This document shows, one piece after another, positions 51,690-64,000 of a stretch of DNA of 64,000 bases. A program made the translations under genes and the position numbers. Position 1 is the stretch's first letter, and each line of letters begins with the position of its first letter. Below the pieces are notes generated by a model. It searched no databases and had not been told where the DNA came from. It saw only the letters and a program-made list of their open reading frames with translations. This stretch comes from Mobula hypostoma (taxonomy: Eukaryota), in contig NC_086102.1 in NCBI RefSeq assembly GCF_963921235.1, forward strand, positions 20,150,001-20,214,000, given 5' to 3'.

Positions 51690-52712
51690 TTTAAAAGCGC
51701 TATCAAGTTCACATTCAAGTTTATTGTCATCTGATTGCACCCACACAACATATATCACACAGCACATAAACTAAAAAAACTACCATAAGTTAGTAAAATA
51801 TAACTCAAAATGGATGTAGTGCACAGCACAAGTAAACAGCTCGCTGTCCTGGTGATGAGACCTCGGCTGCGGCAGGGTATTCACTAGTCTCACAGTCTGT
51901 CAGTCCTAGTCTTGATGTTCCTGTACCTCCTTCCAGACAGTTGTGGGATGGGTGGTAGGGATCCTCAACAATACTTTGGGCCCTTCGTCTACAACGCTTC
52001 TGGTATATGTCACAAATAGCGGGGAGGAGACCCGAATGATCCTCTCGGTGGTTTTTACTATCAGTAGGGTCTTGTGGTCCCAACGTCTTTCAGTTTATGT
52101 ACCATACAATAAAGCAGCCAGGGAGGACACTCCTGGTGGTGCTCCTGTGGAAAGTTGTTAGAATTGCACACCTCAATCTCTTCAGAAAGTGTAGACGCTG
52201 ATGTGGCTTCTTAATTAGTAAGGAGTTGTTGTGAGTCTAAGTTAGATCATCTTATGTGTACACCAAGTAACTTTCTGCTCTTCACTGTCTGGGCAGAACC
52301 ACTGAGTGCAATGGAGTGTGGTCAACCTGTACCTCCCTGAAGTCCACAATCATCTTTTTGACTTGTCCACATTGAGACTTGGGCTGTTGTTTTCCCACCA
52401 TTTGACAAGCCTCTCTACCTCCTCTCTGCATGTCGACTCACCATTGTTGCTGAAGAGGTGGTAGTCTCACCAGAGAACCTGGTGATGTGGTTTGAGCTGA
52501 ATCTGTCAGTGCAGTCGTGAGTCAGTGGTGTGAACAACAGGCAGGTGAACACACAGCCAGGGAGGGTACCAGTGCTCAGCATGATGGAACTTCAGATGTT
52601 GCTTCCAACTCGACCAACTGGGATCTTCCCATCAAGAAGTCCTAGATCCAGTTACAGAGGTGGGGTGTTGAGTCCCAGTGAGTATAGCTTACCCAGCAGC
52701 CTCTGAGGGATG
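51690..52712 (-). mobile_element. Rex1/Babar LINE fragment
   Basis: Minus-strand LP.I.DIY.KRCRRRA.SI..DP.HP peptide and WI/LDFL and TG.P.G-like RT segments. Confidence 0.75.
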
Positions 52713-53814
52713 AGAACAGACTTATCCGGGCGGGCTTACCTCCCCCTCCTTTTCCTTCAGCCCTCCGTTTCTGTTCGCTTTCAAGTCAATACCTGCATCT
52801 GCTCTGACTATGTCACATTGATAAGTATCCTTCCACTTCAGGGAGTGTATTGGAAACACAGAAATTAATATAGTGGTCATCACACAGAGACAGTAAGCCA
52901 AAGATACAGTCTAATGAGCCAGAGTTGAGAGTCCAAAAGCCACCTTGACAATAGGAAATTTAAACTCAACAGGAAAACAATCTAGTAACAGTGTACTGGT
53001 CTCTGCTTAGCACCGCCCCTGAAGACCTCTGATTTGTTACAGTGCACTTGGTTCTCCATTCCAAATGTTTAGGTACATACCTAACTGCACGTTAAGAAAT
53101 GCTTTGCTTCAGGTTCAGATTGATTTATCACATGTACTTTGAAACATACTGTGGAATGTGTTGTTTGCATTAACAACCATCACACATAGGGATGTGCGGG
53201 GGGGGGGCAGCCCACAACTATCACCTCACATTCTGGTGCCATCAATGCTCAGCAGAACACAACAAAACAGAGTAAACAAGCAACAAAAGAACAACAGCAA
53301 CGCATTCCCCGATCCTCCCTCGCTCGGGCTGTGGGCTGCTGTGTTGGGAACACGGCCTGAACTTCTATCCTCCGCACCCTGCGCGCTGCCGGATAGGGAA
53401 CCAGGCGTGAAGCCATATCATTGCTGGTGCTTCCTCACCAATGACTCGCACCATGGCTTGATGAGGGGAGGCTGCCCTTGAGGGCTGATGTTGGACGAGC
53501 TGGGGTGAGCAGCGTTGCCACCCAGTGCTGAGTTGTGTGGCTGAGGGCTGCAGCTTGATTGGCATGGGTGGGTGTGAACCTGGCAGTGGACTGGCAGCGT
53601 CTTCTGGATGTGTTCCTCATCCCCTTCTGTTCAGCGAGTTGGAACTGCTGTCTCCACCTCTCTTCGTTCAGCTGTACAGCCCTCCCTGTCCCAGAGATTT
53701 TCCACAGTAACAATTCCAAATGCCAGCAACCACTGTGGGTTTGTTACCACAGGAAAAATTCTAGACGGGAAAGAGCTTTCTCCCCAAGCAAAGCAAGCAT
53801 TTCTTCCAAATCGA

Positions 53815-54895
53815 GGCATATGCAATGTTAGCATTCATTTGCAGAGGACTAGAATATAAAAGCAAGGATGTAATAGCGAGGCTTTATAAGGCATTGGTCA
53901 GACAGCACTTGGAAAATTGTGAACAGTTTTGGGCACCTTATCTAAGAAATTATGTGCTGGCATTGGAGAGGGTCCAGAGGAGGTTCGCAAGAATGATCCC
54001 AGGAATAAAAGGGTTAATGAAATGGGAAAAGTTTGATGGCTCTGGGCCTGCACACTGGAATTCAGAAGAATGGGGTGGAATCTCATTGAAACCCATCAAA
54101 TGTTGAAAAGCCTAGATAGAATGGATGTGGAGAGGGGGAATAAAGGGGGCTTTGTCTGGTTGGCTGCTGGCAACTAGTGGTGTGCCACAGGGGTTGGTGA
54201 TGGGATCACTTATTTTCACATTATATGTCAATGATTTGTATGACGGAATTGATGGATTTGTGGCCAAGTTTGCAGATGATATAAAGATAGGTAGTGTTGA
54301 GGAAGCAGGGAGTCTGCAGAAGGATGGGCAGAGGAATGGCAGATGGAATATAGTGTAAGGAAGTGTATGGTCATGCACTTTGAGGAAAGAATAAAGGTGT
54401 AGACTATTTTCTAAACAGCAAGAAAATACAACAATCAGCGGTGCAAAGGAGCTTGGGAGTCCTTGTGCAGGATTCCCTAAAGGTTAACTTGCAGGTTGAG
54501 TCGATGATAAGGAAAGCAAATTCAATGTTAACATTCATTGCCAGAGGACTAGAATATAGAAGCAAGTGGCTTTATAGCACATTGGTCACACCACACTTGG
54601 AGATGATTGTGGACTTCAGGAAGGTGCGGGTAGGTCTCTGCCATGGAGAGAGTGAAGAGCACAAAGTTCCTTAGTGTGCACACAACAGGCAATCGAACTG
54701 GACCCACATCACATCCTCTCTAGTCAAGAAGGTGCAGTAGCACCTGCACCTTCTGAGGAGATTGAGGTGTGCAAGGCTCCCCGTCCCCATTCAAACAACT
54801 TTCTACAGGAGCACCATTGAGCCTGTCCTGTCTGGCTGCATCGTTGTGCGGCACAGATGCTGCAAGACCCTATAGAGGACAGTAAAAACTGACCG
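53815..54895 (+). mobile_element. Rearranged CR1 fragments joined to a Rex1 fragment
   Basis: ORFs 53825-54106, 54125-54358 (GVPQG, KFADD) and 54441-54674, which ends in the Rex1-like EMIVDFRK. Confidence 0.8.
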
Positions 54896-54959
54896 AATGG
54901 TGGTATGGGCTGAATGGCCTTCTATCTTACGGCCGAATGTACTGCATTCAGTGATCACA

Positions 54960-55570
54960 ATGTGTTTCCTCAATATTGCAGAAACCAAACACAGGTTGAA
55001 TGATGATTTTGCCCAGCACCTGCGCTCAACTCATCATTGTGACCCTGAGTTTCCGACACCTGTCAATTTAGTTCATCATCCCAATCCCATTCTGACCTTT
55101 CTGCCTTGTAGCCTGCTGAACTGTTATAATGAGGCCCAATACAAGCCTGAGAGAACAAGCACTCATCTTCCAGCTGGACATTTACAGCCTGCAGGCCTCA
55201 GTATCAATTTCTCCAACTTTAGACAGCTCACATCTCCAACAGAACTGTCATCATTTTGGCTCAGTTCTTCTTTCTCTTTCACTTTCAGTCGTCTGACCCG
55301 CTGGGCAAGTCTCAAGTACATCCTGTTAGCAAAACATTTCATGGACAGAAAACTTGAACCTGATCTTAAACTGCTACTTAACAGCTATGTTCAGGCACCC
55401 ACCCAGACCCTAGCTCCCACCGTTCTTTCTCTGACACCTAAAACTGACTTGTTTTCTCTCTTTCACAGTTCTGATATCGGGGGTTGAACTCAAAATGTTA
55501 AACATTCCTCTTCCCATGGAATCTACCTGACCTGTTATGTATTTCCAACGTTTTCTTTTCCAGCACAGTG
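54960..55570 (+). mobile_element. Penelope-like element remnant with a degenerate GIY-YIG endonuclease C-terminus
   Basis: IAETKHRLNDDFAQHLRS...LQPAGLSINFSNFR resembles the PLE consensus YIGETxRxLxxRFxEH...LQPxGxNIxFSNF. Confidence 0.75.
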
Positions 55571-55984
55571 ATGCCCTCTGTTCTGGAGAATAAGATCTGT
55601 TCTGCTTACTTGCTCTGTTCTACATTCAGCACCACCTCCTGTACCTAATAAACTGGCCACCAAGTGTGTGTTCGTGGTCATCTGCTGCTGTGGCCCATCT
55701 ACGTCATGGTTTGACATGTTGTGCGTCCAGCTTTTCTGCACACTACTGTTATAATGTGTGATTATTTGAGTTACTGTCACCTTCCTGTCAGCTCGGTAGG
55801 TTAATTTTGTCATGATTAGGCTATGATTAAATCGGGGGATTGCTGAGCGGCGTGGGGCAAAGGTCCGGAAGGGCCTAGTCCGTGCTATATCTCAATAGAT
55901 AAATGAATAAATAAATTATCATTTCATTTTATCATTTGAAAACATTTAATTCTGACATGACTTAGGTGCTATGACTACATGTTT

Positions 55985-57460
55985 GAAGTTCAAAGTAAAT
56001 TTATTATCAAAGTACATTTATGTCACCATATAGAACCCTGAGATTTGTTTTCCTGCAGGCATACTCAACAAATCCAATAACTCTAATAGAATCATGAAAG
56101 ACCGCAGCCAACAGAGTGGACAACCATTGAGCAAAAGACAACAAACTGCAAATAAAGAATGAATGAATAAATGAATGAATGAATAAATAAATAAATAACA
56201 AGAGCATGAGATGAAGAATCCTTGAAAGTCAATCCATACAATTCAGTGATGGGGCAAGTGAAGTTGAGTGAATCTATCCCCTCTGGTACAAGAGCCTGAT
56301 GGTCGAGGGGTAATTACTGTTTCTAAATCTGGTGGTATGGGACTTCTTCCTGATGCAGCAGCAAGAAGAGAGCACGTCCTGGGCGGTGGGGGTCCCTGAG
56401 GATGGATGCTGCTTTCCTGGGACAATCCTCCATGTAGACGTGCTCAATGGTGGGGAGGGTTTTACCCATAATGGACTATCTTTTTGTCAGATTTTCCATT
56501 CGGGGCATTGGTGTTTCCATACTGGGCTGTGATGGAGCCAGTCAACATACTCTCCACTGCACACCTATAGAAGTTTGTCAACGTTTTAGAAGTATAGTCA
56601 AATTATGAAAGTGTTTCTTTTTCATATTGTGTTTATTATGAAATGAATATATTGCTTTCTGAACATTTCTCATAGTGTCGACTAAGATAGTAGTTACTAA
56701 TCTAACTTAATCCATTCATCCTGAAATCCTATGGATAGGGTGTATTTAATGGGGAGTAAAGTCAGACTATATGCAAAACATGCATTGCAAATGATCTTGC
56801 CTCTTTCGAAAGGGTGGTTATGTTATAATTGATCTTATTGCCTCTTTAAAGTATTCCTATATCTTTCAGATTTACCATGAACTGTGAATTATCGATGACT
56901 TTGCTGTACATGCATGATCATTTTCAATTAAAACCATTTGCTTCAGTGGATAGACCTCATCAGCTGTGGTTCAAAGTTCAAAGTAAATTTTATTATCGAA
57001 GTACATATATGTTACCATATACAAATTCATCTTCCTGTGGGCATACTCAGCAAATCTATAGAATAATAACTACAACAGGATCAATGAGAGGTCAACCAGA
57101 GTGCAGAAGACAACAAACTGTGCATATGCAAATATAAATAAACAGCAATAAATAATGAGAACATGAGATTGCGTCTTTAAAGTGAGATCATTGTTTGTGG
57201 GAACATTTCAAGTGATGGGGCAAGTGGTTATCCCCTTTCAAGAGCCTGATGGTTGGTTGGGGGGTAATAACCGTTCTTGAACCTGGTGGTGCGAGTCTTG
57301 AGGCTCCCGTACTTCTTCCTGATGGCAGCAGCGAGAAGACAGCGTGACCTGAGTGGTGGGGATCTCTGATGACGGATGCTGCTTTCCTATGACAGCGTTT
57401 CATTTAGATGTGCTCACTGTTTGGGACGGCTTTACCATGATGTATTGGACCAAATCCTCT
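55985..57460 (-). mobile_element. Two Rex1/Babar-like 3' fragments (55985-56590, 56968-57460)
   Basis: GTTCAAAGTAAATTT tails and RKAASVIRDPHHSGHAVFSLLPSGR peptide. Confidence 0.8.
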
Positions 57461-58104
57461 ACCAATTGTTGGCAGCTCATCTACGAGAAGGAAAATTCTG
57501 ACCTCAAACCTCCACTGCTTTGCAGCCATGCCCACTCATAGGGAAGGGTTCAGGAGTAAACCCCAAGGAAAAATCTAGATCTAGAGTCCTTAAGGTGGTC
57601 TTATGCTGAGTTCAACGCTGACTGGCAACTCCAGCGACACTGCACGTGCCAATCTGTATCAGTCTCTGCCTTTCCTTTGGACTTATGAGCTGCATGGTTA
57701 GGAGGAGTCTGCTGCACGGGCAAAAATCTGCTTTCCATATTGTCCTGCCCTGGACTGCCAATCACAGAGACAGCTGGGGTGTAACATCCATGGTCGATCC
57801 CAACCAACAGAGGGCCTCAAAACTGAGAATATTCAATGAAACATCTCCCAAGCACTGATTTGTTTCACATAGGCTGCCTCCAAGAGGGCCACAACCTTGT
57901 CATGGTTTGGAGGCTTGTGTGCCTCGATGACTCAACTGCTCAAGTACTGTAATGAGACAGATTACAGATCACAGTAAACCAAGTAATTTTTTCCAACAAG
58001 ATGATAGAAGCATATTCAATAGTGTATTTGAAATGTCTGGTAGGTATATAGATGAGAAAGAAAAATGAGAGGGGTGTGCAGTAAAGTGACAAATGTGTGT
58101 AACT

Positions 58105-58721
58105 AATTTGGAGTATTGTGTGCAGTTTTGGTCACCTATCTACAGGAAAGATGCAAATAACGTTGAAAGAGTACAGAAAAAAAAATTACAAGGATGTTGC
58201 TGGGTCTGGAGGACCTGAGTTATAAGGAAAGATTGAATAGATTAGGACTGTATTCTTTAGAATGCAGAAGATTGAGAGGAGATTTGATAGGAAAAGGAAA
58301 GGCACGTCACATCCAGAGTTTCTCCTGTCAGCAGACAATTTCCCTCCACGCCTCTCTGACGAGATATACAAAATTATGAAGGGTATACATAGGGTAAATG
58401 CAAGCAGGCTTTTTCCACTGAGGTTAAGTGGGACTACAACCAAAGATCATGGGTTAAAGGTGAGAAAATTAAGGGGAATATGAGGGGAAACGTCTTCTCT
58501 GGAGGGTCATGAGAGTGTGGAATGAGCTGCCAGCACAAGTGGTGCATGCGAGCTCAATGTTAACGTTTAAGAGAAGTTTGGATAGGTACATGGATAGTAC
58601 GGATATGGAGGGCTATGGTCCCAGTGCAGATTGATGGGAGTGGGCAGTTTAAATGGTTTTGGCATGGATTAGATGGGCTGAAGGGCCTGTTTCTGCGCTG
58701 CACTTTTTTATGACTCTATGA
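58105..58721 (+). mobile_element. CR1 3' fragment
   Basis: SYKERLNRLGLYSLECRRLRGDLI peptide and TATGACTCTATGAC tail. Confidence 0.85.
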
Positions 58722-59796
58722 CCCGGAGAGCTATGTTGGCTGGAGTCAGGGGTTTATGCTTTGGCTCTTAGTAGGGTCACACATGTGAAACAGGTCAAAG
58801 GGTAGAGGCCAGTCTAAGAGTGGCTCACCGATCCTCCAGGTTCGGGGGTTCAGCTCAGGGCTAACAACCCTGACTGGTAAAACAGAACGGTTACGAAACA
58901 GCAGCGAAGAGTCCTTCTACACCTGTGTGCGACAGTATTCCAGAGTCTCCATTGCCAGTAAACCGAGAGGAAGCTACTGACACGATGAAGGAAGCTGTGA
59001 ACGCCACCAGAGATGGAGGACCTTCACTGCTGCCCTAAACGCCAGCGGCATAACGGGCAAAAGAAGAAGTGATCGGCTGACCAATCAACTCAAGTCCTTT
59101 CTCATAATCTCTGTTGCTCTTTACAAGACATAATTTTTCAGTCATCCATTATCTAACTGTTCTTTTTCAAGGAGCAAGGATCAGGGATGAACTTCGTTCA
59201 CCATTTACATTTACAGGTATTAGGAATTTGCTGTGGTGTGTTGATCTGGGCAGAACACGTAACGAAAAAAATCAACAATTATAAAGAATAAAGAATTATA
59301 TTAAAATAGATGTTTGAAGTATGCATATGTTATAAAATATGCATAAATATATAAATACCAGCATATATTTACAGTGTAAGCAGCATTGTAAAAAGCAGCT
59401 TAAGACGTTGACAAGTGTTTCTCAAATGAAATTCAAAATCTTGTCGCCATTTATAAACTCTGCACCAATTCTACCACATTTGATCCTATGTATCTGCTCT
59501 TCATTCCTTTAATTCTCCGGTTCTACACAGAACTCCTCCTGTCATTCTACCATAAGAGGGACATTTTTATTCTGTTGAAGGCTAATGTTTGCAAATCATG
59601 TTATTTTTCTGCCTGTTTAAAAAATTCCATTGAAACCTCCTTTGAACTTTACATTGCTTAAGCTGTTCAAATCAGTGCACATCTGCTCAGGTTTGTGTAT
59701 TTTTCTGTAGCCATTAATATCATTGCCCCGGAATCTTCAAAAATGCATTCGTTGGGACCTTCACTGAGAGATGTCCATGTGATCCCTGGAACACAG

Positions 59797-60007
59797 GCTT
59801 TAAAAGAATCTCAAAGACGAGGAAATCTGAGATGCTGGAAATTCAAGCAATACACACAAAAAATGCTGATGGAACGCGGCAGGCCAGGCAGCATCTATAG
59901 GAAGAGGTACAGTCGATGTTTCGGGCCCAGACCCCAAGTGTCATAGATGCTGCCTGGCCTGCTGCGTTCACCAGCATTTTTTGTGTGTGTTGCTTTAAAA
60001 GAATCTC
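59797..60007. mobile_element. Inverted-pair Penelope-derived repeat with 16-bp direct repeats
   Basis: GCTTTAAAAGAATCTC at 59797-59812 and 59992-60007. Confidence 0.85.
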
Positions 60008-60184
60008 TTTTGTTGTCTAAACTGCAGCCAGAATGTAATACTAATTCTACGTTGTATATCTACAACACAGCATCCATTGTCAAGCACTGGTAATTCATTT
60101 TCTCATGACTTCCAATGCCATTTCTCTGTGATGTCTTAACTAAGTTCAGATAGATATATCAGAGCATTTATCTTACCTGGAACA

Positions 60185-61020
60185 AAATCAGAATTAAGTT
60201 TGTTATCAATAGCATGCTCTGAAATTTGAAGCAGTAGTGCAATACATTAAATATACTATTAATTATAATAATAAATACATATTAAAAATAAAAAAGCAGT
60301 GCAAAAAGACGGCAAAATAATGAGTTAGTATTCATGGGTGCGTTGTCCATTCAGAAATCTGATGGCAGAGGGGAAGATGCTGTCTCCAAAACATTGAGTG
60401 TGTGTCTTCATGCTCCTGTACCTCTTCCCTGATGGTAGTAATGAGAAGAGGGCAGGTCCTGGATGGTGCGGATCTTTAATCTTGGGCACCACAGTGGTGT
60501 AGCAGTTAGTGTGACGCTATTACAGCTCAGGCATCGGAGTTCTGAGTTCAATTCCAGTGCCGTCTGTGAAGAGTCTTTGTGCATCCTCCCCATAGTACGC
60601 ATGGGTTTACCCTGGGTGGTCCAGTTTCATCCCACAGTCCAAAGGTGTAATGAGCAGGTTCATTGTTCATTGTAAATTGTCCCGTGGTTGGGTTGGGGTT
60701 ATTCAGAGTTGTTGGGGGATTGCTGAGGCAGCGTGGCTCGAAGGGCTGGAAGACCCTAATCCGCGTTGCATCACTAAATTAATTAATTAATGATAGATGC
60801 TGCCTTCTTTAAGCATCACCTAAATAGATGTACTCAGTGGTGGGGAGGCTAGTGCTCATGGTGGAGCTGGCTGAGTTTACAATCTTGTGCAGCTTTTCCT
60901 GATCCTGTGCAGTGGCCCCTCCATACCAGATGGTGATGCAACCAGTCAGGATGCTCTCCGCCGTACATCTGCGGAAATTTTCTAGAGTCCTTGATATCAT
61001 ACCAAACCTCCTCAAAATTC
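60185..61020 (-). mobile_element. Rex1/Babar 3' fragment with a nested V-SINE (60484-60790, +)
   Basis: LRRFGM...L..F.RCT.ESILTGCITIWYG peptide. The SINE interrupts it. Confidence 0.8.
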
Positions 61021-63614
61021 TTTCTGTTTCATAGTTGCTCACCATACCAACCTACAGGCTGCATGTAAACGTTACAATGCTCGTTACTTGTGGTGATTAA
61101 GTGTTCAAAGGTAAGTCCCAAAAGCCTAATTTTTGCTCTCTTGAGAACATGCTCCCCCTCTCCAACACCTGCACTGACTCACATCGTCCTTGGTGTGGTA
61201 GTTGGAGCAATGAAGTTGAATTCAGCACCTTGAGCTACTGGGGATAAGGATGAGTGATCACCTTTATTCACCATATATATTCACATGTATTAGGAATTTG
61301 CTGTGGCGTGTTGGGACATCATACAACAGAAAACAGCATTTAACAATTACAAAGAATGAAGGATCACACAAACACAACTTAGAGATTAAAGTACTGATGA
61401 TATATGCGCAAATACATAAATACCAGCATGTATTTACAGTGTAAACTGTATTACAAGAAGTGGTTTAAAACGTTTACCATGCATTGCAGTGACTGAGGTA
61501 ATAGACAGAGGGAGCAGCAAGTTAAAGCAGCTGGGAACCTGTTTTAAGAAAGCGAGTACTGACAAAAGTCAATTGTAAATAAGGCTCACCATGATGCCCT
61601 CAATGGTGGAATAATTTACTGATATTTATTAACTAAATGTATACCAAAAAAAAAATTATTCATTTGGTCAGAGTTCAAGACTGCCAATAGAAAGAATACT
61701 AAGGAAGAGTTAATGCCTTCTTTTGCGAGGGTGGGACTGAATTCACAGAAAAAAAGTTTATAATTTAATTCAATTCAGGAAAGTTTTTAAGTGCGAATAT
61801 TCCATTTACCTGCAGCCATTGCAAACATCAGTGTCCGCACTGTTGTAAGTGAGTATCAGTTATTGGTGCAATCACTCCACACTGAAATCTTAATTAAAGG
61901 TTAATCCATTACAGGAGAAGGGATCAATATTGAAGCTCGTGCTGAACAAACAGAAAGTGTTAAATACTTTCAGCCCAGTCGGTGAAGATTTGATCAGTAG
62001 TCACCCTTCTCTAAATACACGAAGATGTAATGGCATATCTGATCCCTATGGCAGAGGCACAAAACGTGATGACACACCTTGCATTGATCTATGGGAAACT
62101 AGAAGTCGGAGCCCGGCAGGAAAATTAAAGTCAGCAAAAGTTCATCATTGTAGTTGACCTTTGGATACCCTGTGCGTACGTTCCCAGTCAATGGAGTGTC
62201 ATGGGGTCACTGACTGGTCAGAGGAGCAATCAATGATAGTGCAGGGCCTAATAAGAAGCAGGGTTTCTGCTTTAATCAAGGTGCTAAAAAAAGACTTTAA
62301 AAACCCTTATTTTCAGCTTCCATGGAAAACACTGCTACCCTGTAAACCATATTTCAACAATTCAAAACTTTGAAGCTGTAATAAATTCCCTTCCTAATCC
62401 TCAAGCTAACCAAATTAGACTGAAGAAAATATACCATTGAATAGACAGATGATAATGTTTTATACAGGGAAATGTTGAGATAGAATACTTTCTGCTTTGT
62501 CTGAGTTTGCTGCTCTAAATTATGACAAGCTACATCATCTATTATTATTGATTGGGGTTCAATTCCCATCACCACCTCTAAGGAGTTAATACGTTCTCCC
62601 CTTGACCACAGGAGTTTGCACTGGGAGCTCCAGTCTCCTATGACATTCCTAGGATGTACAGGTTAGGACTGGTAAATTGTGGGCATGCTATGTTGCCGCT
62701 GGAAGCGAGGCGACACTTGTCGTCTACCCAGCACAGTCCTGATTTGACTTGACACAAACAACACACTTCACTGTATGTTTTGCTGCACGTGACAAATACA
62801 GTTATCTTTAACCACTCTTTCCAAAGTATGCTGTTTATTTCAATAATGCTGCAGTGAGATGTATTCTGCTTCAGGAGTTCCTCAGAGTGGCATCTTAGTG
62901 CCATCTTCATCAATTGACTTTCCTTCATAAGTTCAAAAGTGAGAAGGTAGGATAATGACTACACGGTATTCAGTTCCATTCACTACTCCTCACATGAACC
63001 AGTTGTGCAATCCTGCACGCAGTAAGACCTAAATAAATTCACCATCCTGGAGGTCACCAGTGATCAGAAACTATAACAATTATGTAGCTACAAAGACAGG
63101 TCAGAGTGCTGATTTTTGTGAAGACTGGCTCACTTGAGACGATTTGATATGTCAGAAGAGCCTTGCAAATTTCTAGAGATGCATCTTAGAGAGCATTCTA
63201 ACTGGTTGCTTCACCATCTGATATTGATTAAATATCGTGATATGATTGGTTGATTCAAAACACTGTGAAATCCGCTGATTTAATCTGATCATGGGACAAT
63301 TTACAATGACCAATTAACCTACCAACAGGTACGTCTGTTAGTATGTGTCAGGCACGCATTACAAACACAGCTTGGACGGTAGAAGGAAACTGGAGCACCT
63401 GGAGGAAACCCATGCAGTCACAGGGAGAACATATCAACTCCTTATAGGCAGAGGCGGAAACTGAACCCCGGGTCACCTGTACAGTAAACCTGTTGTGTTA
63501 ACCACTGTGCTACAGTTCCACCCCATTTTTGGTGTCCAGATATTCCAGGATTGAGTGAAGAGCCAAAGAGGTGGCTTCTGCTGTGGACCTGTTGCCCTGG
63601 TAGGCAAATTGGAG

Positions 63615-63828
63615 CAGATCCAAGCAACACACACAAAAAATGCTGGTGAACGCAGCAGGCCAGGCAGCATCTATAGGAAGAGGTACAGTCGATGTTTCGG
63701 GCCAAGACCCTTTGACTATACCTCTTCCTATAGATGCTACCTGGCCTGCTGCGTTCACCAGCATTTCTTGTGTGTGTTGCTTGAAATACCAGCATCCGCA
63801 GATTTCCTCATGTTGGTACAGATCCAAG
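63615..63828. mobile_element. Inverted-pair Penelope-derived repeat with 10-bp direct repeats
   Basis: CAGATCCAAG at 63615-63624 and 63819-63828. Arms of about 70 bp are near-perfect reverse complements. Confidence 0.85.
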
Positions 63829-64000
63829 TTGGCTTTCTGGCAGGAGCTGATATGTTTCATCACCAACCTCTCAAAGCGCCTCCTCACTGTGGATGTAAGT
63901 GCAAGTGGGTGATACCAATGTACATTGTGAACTCTGTTGCTATGCAACAGCCGATCGGTGCAATACATACAAACTACAATAAATTACTATAAGAATATAT

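Noticed and set aside
53360-53830. Cluster of overlapping short ORFs in GC-richer unique sequence
   Set aside because: No recognisable protein motif or convincing splice sites. Open frames are expected at this GC content.
61810-61881. Minus-strand segment with acceptor and donor (CAG...CTGCAG|GTAAAT)
   Set aside because: Stops in all three frames and no supporting context. At best a non-coding exon.
63442-63992. Multiple ORFs on both strands
   Set aside because: They arise from the palindromic Penelope-derived repeat and flanking SINE/Rex1 fragments.

Overview
Eukaryotic, repeat-dense vertebrate DNA. The CR1, Rex1, RTE, Penelope and V-SINE repertoire suggests a cartilaginous fish, probably a ray (inference). 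Two complete spliced genes were assembled by hand: ripply3 on + (4 coding exons, 12454-17493, 144 aa, WRPW motif and Ripply domain) and pigp on - (non-coding exon ending at 50629, 4 coding exons 48787-41872, 160 aa). This matches the human HLCS-RIPPLY3-PIGP-TTC3 block; no HLCS or TTC3 coding exon was recognised. Most of the rest is nested LINE fragments, SINEs, a mariner-type MITE and many Penelope-derived short repeats. The main unexplained observations are: (1) a decayed, apparently single-exon ORF for a Cys-rich, probably secreted protein of about 280 aa between ripply3 and pigp (20644-21478, -); (2) minimal type-I hammerhead ribozyme motifs in the Penelope-derived repeats, which often occur as inverted pairs between short direct repeats; (3) a triplicated 49-bp NRF1/CRE-like module at the pigp promoter, and two uORFs in the pigp leader. 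Repeat boundaries are approximate and repeat family names come from motif recognition, not from a database search.
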